Shown here piece after piece: positions 57,501 to 62,966 of a stretch of DNA of 64,000 bases. A program made the position numbers and the translations under genes. The stretch is from positions 1,054,001-1,118,000 of the forward strand of contig NW_026781876.1 of assembly GCF_031769215.1 (NCBI RefSeq). Direction: 5' to 3'. Position 1 is the first letter of the stretch. Each line of letters starts with the position of its first letter. Under the pieces are notes generated by a model. It ran no database searches. It saw only the letters and a list, made by a program, of their open reading frames with translations, and had not been told where the DNA came from. The DNA comes from Ylistrum balloti. Taxonomy: Eukaryota.

Positions 57501-58990
57501 TCTTTCAAGACAGGTTTTACTTCAGTAAACTTACAAGCAAAAGATGGTTTTTCAAAACAGGTTTTACTTCAGTAAACTTACAAGCAAAAGATGGTCTTTC
57601 AAGACAGGTTTTACTTCGGTCAACTTACAAGCAAAAGATTGTCTTTCAAGACAGGTTTTACTTCAGTCAACTTACAAGCAAAAGATGGTCTTTCAAGACA
57701 GGTTTTACTTCAGTCAACTTACAAGCAAAAAAAAATGTTTTTTCAAGACAGGTTTTAGACAGGTTTTACTTCAGTCAACTTACAAGCAAAAGATGGTCTT
57801 TCAAGACAGGTTTTACTTCAGTCAACTTACAAGCAAAAGATGGTCTTTCAAGACAGGTTTTACTTCAGTCAACTTACAAGCAAAAGATGGACTTTCAAGA
57901 CAGGTTTTACTTTAGTCAACTTACAAGCAAAAAAAATGTTTTTTCAAGACAGGTTTTACTTCAGTCAACTTACAAGCAAAAGATGGTCTTTCAAGAAAGG
58001 TTTTACTTCAGTCAATTTGAAAACAAAAGATGGTCTTGTTACAAGCAAAAGGCAGTCTTTCAATGTATAATTCAATGTATGATGGACCTGTGTTAATATA
58101 GGTAGAATGTATATTCTACATGAATTTGTTTGGTTGAAAAGATTTAGATGGATTTCATTTCGTTTGGAAGGAGGAGGGTTATGTGTGGGTGTGTGGGTGT
58201 GCGGGGGAGTAAGTGGTGTAATTTTCATGCACTTTAAGATTTTATTCTCCACAAATGAGAAACAATTATATTCAGCATAATCTGGAAACCTTAAACATAA
58301 GACCATCACAAAAGGGCCTTTTTCTATAGTGATTTTAGATAGACTATGAAATCCTACATCCAGAAATATCTATATATAAACACAGGTAACCAGACCTACT
58401 GGTAGTTAGAACTTTGAAGAGACCTGGAAACACTGCGTTAAACACCCTCCTCATTACAGGTCTATATATAGTATCACAGGCAAAGGGTATAAAAATTCCT
58501 GACTAATTTGAAACAGGAAGTTGTTGTTTACATCAAAATACTGTGAAGATAGGAATAGAGGTAGATTGAGGAAACTTCCATAAGTAGATCTACACAGGCA
58601 CTTTAGTATGAAGCATGACAAAAATTAACCCATTTATACATGTATCACTTCTAAACACTTTGTTCTATATTCAGAAATTGTATGTATTGATAAACTTTTA
58701 TCAAAAGTTAAAATTATATTGAAAAAAATTCCTTATATATTTCAGGTATATCAATGTACAGTTATTGACCTCTAATGATATATGAAATTGAAAGGGTTCA
58801 TAAAACACATTAACCACACATTCCATGCATGTTATTTGCTATAACTAATGCTAGCAATCCTTGTGTTACTTACTCGTAATATTGCGAGTACAACTTTTGA
58901 GCGACCAGATTGTACTGCCACTGTACTAATAGTCGTTGTGGAGGGCGAAAGCTCCGAAAGGTCCGTTATATCCGATAAACTGTCCGACAT
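343..58990 (-). CDS. sls: Giant multi-exon titin/sallimus-like muscle protein (CCDC141/Zormin spectrin rod + Ig array + kettin-like Ig); 3' end lies outside the window
   Basis: About 60 GT-AG exons joined with consistent phases. The N-terminus STTTISTVAVQSGRSKVVLAILR-GAEW...EMLAKLK resembles remembered CCDC141 N-termini. 15 I-set Ig domains with W and D-x-G-x-Y-x-C cores. KPWFKTQIRNLMGLKENDSAHFECKLLPLGDPTMEIEWF is a kettin/titin Z7-type Ig. Confidence 0.85.
648..662 (-). CDS. Microexon 15 nt (VCPAN)
   Basis: ttttttatgcacag acceptor, ATG|GTATGA donor, 1/1. Confidence 0.4.
1787..1819 (-). CDS. Microexon 33 nt (EYEEEVVEVYT)
   Basis: tttacag acceptor, CAG|GTAAGA donor, 1/1. Confidence 0.65.
2133..2162 (-). 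CDS. Microexon 30 nt (EVIQTVSDYP)
   Basis: ctgac...attgcag acceptor, G|GTGACA donor, 1/1. Confidence 0.45.
3013..3039 (-). CDS. Microexon 27 nt (EMELEGESV)
   Basis: ctttacag acceptor, G|GTAAGT donor, 1/1. Confidence 0.6.
3663..3849 (-). CDS. Exon: Ig15 C-half + EDWRSHLRQAP motif
   Basis: 187 nt, 0/1. Confidence 0.9.
4241..4481 (+). mobile_element. 3'-truncated copy of the same HINE-like element
   Basis: Near-identical to 38703-38930 (gatttcggaccaacccgaaattaacaaactt...caggatcatgtcacg). Confidence 0.7.
4688..4868 (-). CDS. Exon: Ig15 N-half
   Basis: 181 nt, 2/0; KVSGYPRPRVNWWVNG. Confidence 0.9.
5167..5248 (-). CDS. Exon: kettin-type inter-Ig linker (RRSIIMETQLPG...EEYWR)
   Basis: 82 nt, 1/2. 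Confidence 0.85.
5406..5549 (-). CDS. Exon: Ig14 C-half
   Basis: 144 nt, 1/1; HDFGFVCLDILYTYPEDSGEYSC. Confidence 0.93.
5966..6201 (-). CDS. Exon: kettin/titin-Z7-like Ig14 N-half
   Basis: 236 nt, 2/1; AHFECKLLPLGDPTMEIEWFKDG. Confidence 0.93.
6664..6931 (+). repeat. Degenerate array of a GGGAGATAACTCT motif at about 64-bp period
   Basis: Motif at about 6666, 6731, 6794, 6858, 6919. Confidence 0.6.
7173..7338 (-). CDS. Candidate alternative terminal exon (VFAAENF...FALRHGVCKAPKL...SQQP*)
   Basis: Two phase-2 acceptors (exon starts 7338, 7257) in one open frame; stop 7173-7175; AATAAA at 7062-7067 followed by a U/GU-rich tract. Confidence 0.45.
8441..8938 (-). CDS. PEVK-like exon (KEKVAPKVSP...IEATWD)
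   Basis: 498 nt, 2/2 using donor AG|GTTAGA; read-through stops at TGA 8401-8403. Confidence 0.85.
9833..10036 (-). CDS. Pro-rich exon (PVKPPQQRKKK...MFEP)
   Basis: 204 nt, 2/2. Confidence 0.85.
10672..10740 (-). CDS. Cassette exon (YDDRPKHEPQLPASLQTKYKQF)
   Basis: 69 nt, 2/2, GC island in an AT-rich intron. Confidence 0.62.
11782..11868 (-). CDS. Cassette exon (SVSMERPRLPMPKPRTLTVLSSTEEEYD)
   Basis: 87 nt, 2/2, acceptor cttgtag, donor CG|GTAGGG. Confidence 0.65.
11855..12012 (+). repeat. 56-bp tandem repeat overlapping a splice acceptor
   Basis: Units start at 11855, 11911, 11967. Confidence 0.88.
12240..13041 (-). promoter_or_regulatory. Intronic cluster of RBFOX-type (U)GCAUG splicing elements
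   Basis: 12 CATGC on + (8 as CATGCA) in about 800 nt downstream of exon YDI-C. Confidence 0.6.
12760..12880 (+). repeat. 26-bp tandem repeat, about 4.5 copies, carrying UGCAUG on the sense strand
   Basis: cttgaaatcctcaacatgcagatctt. Confidence 0.9.
13069..13179 (-). CDS. Cassette exon YDI-C (YDIQSEGPVQMITYVSDTEAGYLRLVSEDELDSSRS)
   Basis: 111 nt, 2/2, donor AG|GTGCGG. Confidence 0.72.
13438..13941 (-). CDS. Pro-rich exon with 4x 11-aa SPVRHVQPPxP repeat
   Basis: 504 nt, 2/2, long open GC-rich frame, 33-bp coding repeat at about 13500-13625. Confidence 0.88.
14317..14442 (-). CDS. Pro-rich cassette exon (PAAKPHTQKP...VIKRR)
   Basis: 126 nt, 2/2, donor AA|GTTAGT. Confidence 0.75.
15346..15441 (+). 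repeat. 24-bp tandem repeat x4
   Basis: aattgaagttgtctttaaatttt(a/g). Confidence 0.88.
16057..16167 (-). CDS. Cassette exon YDI-B (WYDIHKEGPVQQISYASELESGTLRLKGTPTPPKED)
   Basis: 111 nt, 2/2, acceptor gcttttag, donor AG|GTTGGT. Confidence 0.72.
16599..16700 (-). CDS. Cassette exon YDI-A (HYDIQSEGLVQQISYSTEAGSALMRLIKEEDAS)
   Basis: 102 nt, 2/2; strong acceptor ttccccacag, weak donor GTTCAT; read-through stops at TAG 16568-16570. Confidence 0.65.
17128..17287 (-). CDS. Exon 45, Pro-rich linker (AEMPKPEP...SQSPP)
   Basis: 160 nt, 1/2, donor CC|GTAAGT. Confidence 0.85.
17759..17889 (-). CDS. Exon 44, Ig13 C-half
   Basis: 131 nt, 2/1. Confidence 0.92.
18205..18367 (-). CDS. Exon 43, Ig13 N-half
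   Basis: 163 nt, 1/2. Confidence 0.92.
18773..18905 (-). CDS. Exon 42, Ig12 C-half
   Basis: 133 nt, 0/1; DAGTYMC. Confidence 0.9.
19040..19244 (-). CDS. Exon 41, Ig12 N-half
   Basis: 205 nt, 2/0. Confidence 0.9.
19382..19626 (-). CDS. Exon 40, Ig11 C-half
   Basis: 245 nt, 0/2; IAWYKNGHRIK...LPEDAGHFT. Confidence 0.92.
19869..20108 (-). CDS. Exon 39, FEQRL motif + Ig11 N-half
   Basis: 240 nt, 0/0. Confidence 0.9.
20255..20589 (-). CDS. Exon 38, Pro-rich/PEVK-like linker
   Basis: 335 nt, 1/0, donor CAA|GTGAGT. Confidence 0.87.
20950..21095 (-). CDS. Exon 37, Ig10 C-half
   Basis: 146 nt, 2/1; DAGEYTC. Confidence 0.92.
21387..21624 (-). CDS. Exon 36, linker + Ig10 N-half
   Basis: 238 nt, 1/2. 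Confidence 0.9.
22016..22274 (-). CDS. Exon 35, Ig9
   Basis: 259 nt, 0/1. Confidence 0.93.
22689..23050 (-). CDS. Exon 34, PEVK-like linker + start of Ig9
   Basis: 362 nt, 1/0, P/E/V/K rich. Confidence 0.9.
23686..23973 (-). CDS. Exon 33, Ig8
   Basis: 288 nt, 1/1. Confidence 0.93.
24311..24508 (-). CDS. Exon 32, Ig7 C-half
   Basis: 198 nt, 1/1. Confidence 0.92.
24978..25300 (-). CDS. Exon 31, Thr-rich linker + Ig7 N-half
   Basis: 323 nt, 2/1. Confidence 0.9.
25543..25769 (-). CDS. Exon 30, Ig6 C-half
   Basis: 227 nt, 0/2. Confidence 0.9.
26368..26700 (-). CDS. Exon 29, Ig5 C-half + Ig6 N-half
   Basis: 333 nt, 0/0. Confidence 0.92.
27025..27212 (-). CDS. Exon 28, Ig5 N-half
   Basis: 188 nt, 1/0. 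Confidence 0.93.
27550..27730 (-). CDS. Exon 27, Ig4 C-half
   Basis: 181 nt, 0/1; DSGLYRC. Confidence 0.93.
27978..28116 (-). CDS. Exon 26, Ig4 N-half
   Basis: 139 nt, 2/0; VRLDCVITGHPEPE. Confidence 0.9.
28420..28568 (-). CDS. Exon 25, Ig3 C-half
   Basis: 149 nt, 0/2; DSGTYKV. Confidence 0.9.
28680..28935 (+). mobile_element. Degenerate HINE-like core fragment
   Basis: tgaccttga/ggtca and gaagaag...tttaaag core motifs shared with 61.9-62.2 kb. Confidence 0.4.
29066..29220 (-). CDS. Exon 24, Ig3 N-half
   Basis: 155 nt, 1/0; GSPTPEVTWYRND. Confidence 0.9.
30213..30509 (-). CDS. Exon 23, Ig2
   Basis: 297 nt, 1/1; FECHVTGIPSPTISWYKD. Confidence 0.93.
31024..31244 (-). CDS. Exon 22, Ig1
   Basis: 221 nt, 2/1; VTLECQV...WYKD...DTARYTC. 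Confidence 0.93.
31366..31493 (-). CDS. Exon 21, linker + start of Ig1
   Basis: 128 nt, 0/2; QPPKITLHLRDAEVMEGEK. Confidence 0.88.
32117..32419 (-). CDS. Exon 20, end of rod (SEQWIREG...LVQAQ)
   Basis: 303 nt, 0/0. Confidence 0.9.
32771..32962 (-). CDS. Exon 19, rod (LIEKKIDM...TLIEE)
   Basis: 192 nt, 0/0. Confidence 0.9.
33131..33253 (-). CDS. Exon 18, rod (IHSEIDDL...EMTVQ)
   Basis: 123 nt, 0/0. Confidence 0.88.
33568..33717 (-). CDS. Exon 17, rod (DAEAAAQE...YDLRQ)
   Basis: 150 nt, 0/0. Confidence 0.9.
33884..34060 (-). CDS. Exon 16, rod (LDKLIEKT...RVRQT)
   Basis: 177 nt, 0/0. Confidence 0.9.
34523..34711 (-). CDS. Exon 15, rod (SAIEELDK...RNLDQ)
   Basis: 189 nt, 0/0. Confidence 0.9.
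36048..36176 (-). CDS. Exon 14b (TIDRVMTTENEFFFPNIAGYLGNSTTSAEDLQKKIDDFTPAFK), duplicate of 14a
   Basis: 129 nt, 0/0, intact tgtag acceptor and AAG|GTAATT donor, open frame. Confidence 0.8.
36703..36828 (-). CDS. Exon 14a (TIDWVLKIENDFFPVIGGDLGTSIETANEFQHRLDEFTPTFE), candidate mutually exclusive exon
   Basis: 126 nt, 0/0, paralogous to 14b. Confidence 0.88.
37941..37998 (+). repeat. 18-bp tandem repeat x3
   Basis: ttaccgggcatgggctta. Confidence 0.85.
38192..38371 (-). CDS. Exon 13, rod (VTDDSTLNV...QDARK)
   Basis: 180 nt, 0/0. Confidence 0.9.
38703..38991 (+). mobile_element. Non-autonomous Helentron-type (HINE-like) element, apparently complete
   Basis: Starts AACAAGAGGCCCATGGGCC; subterminal inverted GGTCATCTGA/TCAGATGACC; 3' hairpin then TAAAAA; second copy at 4241. 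Confidence 0.7.
39141..39311 (-). CDS. Exon 12, rod (LTTSMSGL...FQNSST)
   Basis: 171 nt, 0/0, donor ACA|GTAAGA. Confidence 0.85.
40009..40200 (-). CDS. Exon 11, rod (DKNAELEAL...KLVQQ)
   Basis: 192 nt, 0/0. Confidence 0.9.
40529..40651 (-). CDS. Exon 10, rod (LQTWLTSIG...EQDLR)
   Basis: 123 nt, 0/0. Confidence 0.88.
41266..41379 (-). CDS. Exon 9, rod (MTLLQDRC...EHFNS)
   Basis: 114 nt, 0/0. Confidence 0.88.
41471..41730 (+). repeat. 29/30-bp minisatellite, about 9 copies
   Basis: gcctagctatcacctctgacaccccaggag. Confidence 0.92.
41943..42140 (-). CDS. Exon 8, rod (ALTKLEQV...GVRRR)
   Basis: 198 nt, 0/0. Confidence 0.9.
42594..42785 (-). CDS. Exon 7, rod (HIQQTVVRL...FDQAET)
   Basis: 192 nt, 0/0. 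Confidence 0.9.
43367..43486 (-). CDS. Exon 6, rod (VLDWYRTVG...FETQAK)
   Basis: 120 nt, 0/0, spectrin helix-A Trp. Confidence 0.88.
43740..43984 (-). CDS. Exon 5, rod (ILEASKST...LLELLQDRRRRL...EVNK)
   Basis: 245 nt, 1/0; LLELLQDRRR matches the remembered CCDC141 motif. Confidence 0.92.
44141..44249 (-). CDS. Exon 4, rod (FSSKMEQAQG...HQEIKT)
   Basis: 109 nt, 0/1. Confidence 0.9.
44374..44565 (-). CDS. Exon 3, spectrin-like rod (AKEDEVKK...FHKSAHE)
   Basis: 192 nt, AG/GT, 0/0. Confidence 0.9.
44611..45853. mobile_element. Possible TIR MITE remnant flanking the HINE-like insert
   Basis: Inverted match 44615-44637 vs 45828-45850 (20/23), TA at the left end. Confidence 0.4.
45195..45691 (+). 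mobile_element. HINE-like element with an internal 104-bp tandem duplication (45276-45483)
   Basis: AACTAGAA start, tgacctt core motifs, ...GCATAAAAA end. Confidence 0.5.
46350..46512. promoter_or_regulatory. Putative intronic muscle enhancer: MEF2 site, near-CArG, CCAAT
   Basis: CTAAAAATAACCC at 46361; CCTTATATAG at 46479; ATTGG near 46507. Confidence 0.3.
49219..49619 (+). repeat. 46/37-bp minisatellite
   Basis: gataggaacatctatatgttgatatctgtgtttactgatatctaca, with 9-bp deletion variants. Confidence 0.92.
51235..51463 (+). repeat. Degenerate 30-55-bp tandem array containing the exon-2 donor
   Basis: Recurrent gcctca(c/t)nntgagtttgg. Confidence 0.7.
51453..51575 (-). CDS. Exon 2 (GAEWIRVRVHQMEPDLMDVGSTLEEALQYQREHNEMLAKLK)
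   Basis: Not in the ORF track; tgtag acceptor, AAG|GTGAGG donor, 123 nt, 0/0. Confidence 0.88.
53636..54078 (+). repeat. 44-bp minisatellite, about 10 copies
   Basis: caagtcatcagtgcttggtagatttacagctgatcaagtaaaac. Confidence 0.93.
54108..54335 (+). repeat. 123-bp direct tandem duplication
   Basis: tatgcttatgtactaac...ttctatatttgg twice. Confidence 0.9.
56960..58065 (+). repeat. 47-bp minisatellite, about 23 copies
   Basis: caagacaggttttacttcagtcaacttacaagcaaaagatggtcttt. Confidence 0.95.
58874..58990 (-). CDS. Coding exon 1 (MSDSLSD...VVLAILR), CCDC141-like N-terminus
   Basis: aaaATG start, 117 nt, donor CGA|GTAAGT, phase 0. Confidence 0.88.
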
Positions 58991-59488
58991 TTTGCTGGAT
59001 GTCAGGACAGGGAAGCTATAGTTAATATCACACTTCGAAACATAAGTTCTTGAAAGTTCCAAAGTTCACAGATATTATCTTTTTTTTTAGATTTCACAAT
59101 TTTCTCAATATCTTCAATGAATATGCATGCGATTTACACACACTTCTTCCTTGGCTCCTAACAAATCCTACGTTAGTTCTTCTCGACAGATCTAAGCTTG
59201 TACACTATACTATATACACTTCTCCATGGGCCAGTCCATGTTGTCTGGATAGGGAGGGGAGAGAGACAGATGCCCTCAGTTTCAGCAGCCGAAGCCACAA
59301 AAATTCTTTTCCTATTACCCGACTATCATATAACACAGCGCACTTCCTGTGAGGAAAGGGAAAATTACACAGACAGTTAAACAGATCAGACACCAATTTC
59401 AACCATTGTTAAAGTTAAATTTCACACTTATTTTACTCTCGGCCACTCTTGTCTCCCCATTGAGGGATGAATGGCCTAGCCCACTCCC

Positions 59489-59498
59489 CCTTATTTGG
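59489..59498. promoter_or_regulatory. CArG box (SRF site) CCTTATTTGG about 500 bp upstream of the ATG
   Basis: Perfect CC(A/T)6GG; its reverse complement CCAAATAAGG is the cardiac-actin-type CArG; chance hits are common in AT-rich DNA. Confidence 0.4.
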
Positions 59499-59739
59499 AG
59501 ACTGCATATTGAGACTAAAGAGATAGTACAAACACACAAGGAATAGTCCTGAGGGGGGTCTACTGTACATGTACTGTAGGGAGTAGGGATTCAGGGACTC
59601 CCTGGGGTAGAGTAATGACAGACAGCATCCCTGGAAGCTTTGTTTACAGTTATTATCATAGCTATGTGACCTGATCATTGACATAAGCTAATGAAAAACA
59701 TGTTAAAATGTTATCTACTGAGTTAACAAATAGGTGAGA

Positions 59740-60108
59740 AGTTCCTTACAATTTCAATTTGTAAAATATCATACAATGTTCCTTACAGTATCAATTTGTA
59801 AAATATCATACAATGTTCCTTACATTATCAATTAGTAAGATATCATACAATGTTCCTTACATTATCAATTAGTAAGATATCATACAATGTTCCTTACAGT
59901 ATCAATTAGTAAGATATCATACAATGTTCCTTACATTATCAATTAGTAAGATATCATAAAATGTTCCTTACATTATCAATTAGTAAGATATCATACAATG
60001 TTCCTTACATTATCAATTAGTAAGATATCATACTATGTTCCTTACAGTATCAATTAGTAAAATATCATACAATGTTCCTTACAGTATCAATTGGTAAAAT
60101 ATCATACA
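59740..60108 (+). repeat. 37-bp minisatellite, about 9-10 copies
   Basis: gtaagatatcatacaatgttccttacattatcaatta. Confidence 0.93.
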
Positions 60109-61128
60109 TCAAACCACTGTTTTATCCTTTCAGTACTTTTCACTAATATCACTATGTGGAAACCAAGAAGGAATAACAGAAAAAACCTAACTGGCTTTAA
60201 TAATAATAATAATTATGTAAATTAGAGTACAAGAATGAAAGGGAAATGAAACCTTTATACAATATATAGATCTGTCTATACATTTTATCTCATTTTATTT
60301 CGCTAGAATTCACTCAACTCATTTGTATACCAAAAATCAGTAAAACAAGACATTTTAAACTTACTATGGTGATTTCGATTTTACCAAAAACTTTGATGCT
60401 GTTGTTTGAGACTATGCTTTCAATTCTTTATTTTTCAACATACTTAACAGAAACAATAAAAAACACATGTACTCTGTATATTGTTTAGAATTACATAACA
60501 TTCATCAAGCAACAGAAATTTTTAACTCTTATTTCTTCAAATCACAATTTTTGTAAGTTTAGAAATATGTATTTCAATTTCAGAAACTTTAAAGATCAGT
60601 CAACTTTCTTCATAATTAGATAATCAGCTCCAATTAATGATGTATAAGTCTGCCCCCTTGTGAAAAGTGGCATGCTGTTTGTGAGTGTAGTTAGGTATTT
60701 GACACATGTACGTAGACGATGCGGATGTAATACTTCAGCTACTGAGGCAGGTCACAAGTAGTCAATGTGTTTTGTAGATCATGGTTGTATTAGTGACAAA
60801 CTAATCTGATACCAAACTTGTCATCATGTTTTATCAAAAAACAGTTGAGTCCAATCTTTAACTGAAAGCCTATCAAAAGTCTAAAAAGATTTCAAAAAGT
60901 CCTGAGTATTGTGTATTCACATTCAAAAGTCCAAATAGGCCTGAGTCGCCCATCTGTTCTGCAGCTTACAAAACTGCTACAAACTTCAAATTTTCCCAAG
61001 CTACTACACATATATATATCATGGTCCAGTGGCTGGTTATTAATGAAGTTTATGAATACATTTGACCCATTTCTTGAATGTTGGTTACTGTATTTTCCAG
61101 GTTATAAGTTACAGGTCCAGTTTTTAGA

Positions 61129-61775
61129 GATTTTTCGATTTTATCCATATATAAGCCGCACCCTTTCTTACTAGATGGTGACCACTATTGTTGACGTTTG
61201 ATATACTGGTAACAGATAACGGAAGGCAGATCGTACTAAGTGATCACTGTTACGTTGACCAAACATTGTTTATATAACAGAGGGTAATTTACCAAAATCG
61301 TCAGTGAAACATTTAATAAATAATAGGACTTTGCATGATCATATTCTTATAGTCCCATATTATTTCTTCTTGTAAGTTAAAGGATGTCATATCATAAACA
61401 AGGACGAGGGGAGGGGGGGGGGGGGAATTTGACCTATAACCCGATGACCTATTGATCCCAGGCTATTGTAAACATCCATTATAGTCTATGGCAAAAGTCA
61501 AGAAGATATTATTGTAATTTATGTTAAAAGGTACGATTACTTAAATCCACCAGAATATTACTTTTATTTAATCTTCAAATCATCCTGTATACAACTGCAA
61601 ATGATGGATCAAGAAAATCTGTTTCAGTCAAAATACATGTGATGGGCAAGCACTTGTATAAAAACTTGTTATCGACTCGTACTGGTGTACTGATACACTT
61701 CCTAGTTTTTCTGGGTTTTTTTTTCCATCCTTCCGATTTTTTTTTGTCCACATATAAGCCGCATGGTATATAAGC
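61129..61775 (+). mobile_element. Two short pogo/Tigger-like MITE end fragments (61129-61165, 61733-61773)
   Basis: Repeated cca(t/c)atataagccgca preceded by gatttt. Confidence 0.3.
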
Positions 61776-61849
61776 AGTACACCCCGACTCATGAGGAAAA
61801 AAGGTGTGGCAGAGTGCTACAGACCCAATAGCAATATCTTGAGTCTTCT

Positions 61850-62201
61850 CGATATTTGAGAAGATTTGAACACATTTGACCCCTGACTTTTAAAAGTCAG
61901 TCAAGGTCATTAATTTGTACACACCTGGTCGCTCATCATTCTAGTATGCTACAGGCCAAATATTAGTACTCTGGCCCTTTTGGTTATTGAGAAGAAGTCC
62001 TTTGAAGACATCTGACCTATGTGACTTTAAAAGTTGGTCTTAATCATACGAACACACCTGGTCGCTCATCATTCCAGCATGCTACAGACCAAATATTAGC
62101 TCCCTGGGTCTTCCAATTATTGAGAAGAAGACGGATGACTGACGCAGGATGATGGACAATGTGCCACAGCAGAAGCTGCTTCTGGCAGGTGAGCTCATAA
62201 A
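61850..62201 (+). mobile_element. HINE-like element with 133-bp core repeats
   Basis: Duplicated acacctggtcgctcatcatt...attgagaagaag; 3' end gcaggtgagctcataaa. Confidence 0.5.
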
Positions 62202-62966
62202 GACACTAGGCCTTTGTTAACAGTTGTGCGATAAATCTTTTTCATCAAGATCTATCAAACTAAATGAAGGTGGTCTTTTAGCTATTCCGTTTTCCATCAG
62301 ACTCAAAATTAAACATTTAAAATACCAACCAAGGGGAACCTACGCGTAAAATATGCGAAAGATCTTATCAAACATATGTAAATAAAAAGTTAAAGCATGA
62401 ATTGTTTGCAGAACAATGACAAAATTGATAGACAGTGCAAGAAAACAGATTATAAATAACACACAGTTTCTACATAGCCTTCCACCTGCATAAGAAAGGT
62501 ACAGTGTATATATTTATCTCAGTAGTAGATATTGCTACACCAAATCTGTTTGATATTTTAAGAAAATAACTGGCAGTGAGCCACAGCACGATTTGTCTGT
62601 ATAAATGTTTTCTGTATCCACGGAAATGTTCCTTTCATTATATTGAGTCAGTAATTTTTTCTATCATTGTGCAGATTATGACTCGAATCCTTCCCTCAGG
62701 TGTACAGGAAATACCGAAAGATATCAGTAAGTCTGGGTAAAATTAGTTACCATGATGCACTGTCCATGTGGTACACATTTTATATAAACATTTATTTCGT
62801 TTATAAACCGAAGAAGCATTGCTCTACCTGTACCATACATGACTTTCCCAAATATCCATAATGTCCTGATATTCCTATTTCAATTTGTCTGCTGATTATC
62901 TCCTATGACTAGTGATTGTATCTTAAAGTATATGCCAGGTGATTCTACAACTTCCTATCCTTTTCC

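Noticed and set aside
56894-58309. Long repetitive ORFs (195, 199, 123 aa, etc.)
   Set aside because: Translations of the 47-bp satellite in shifting frames; not a gene.
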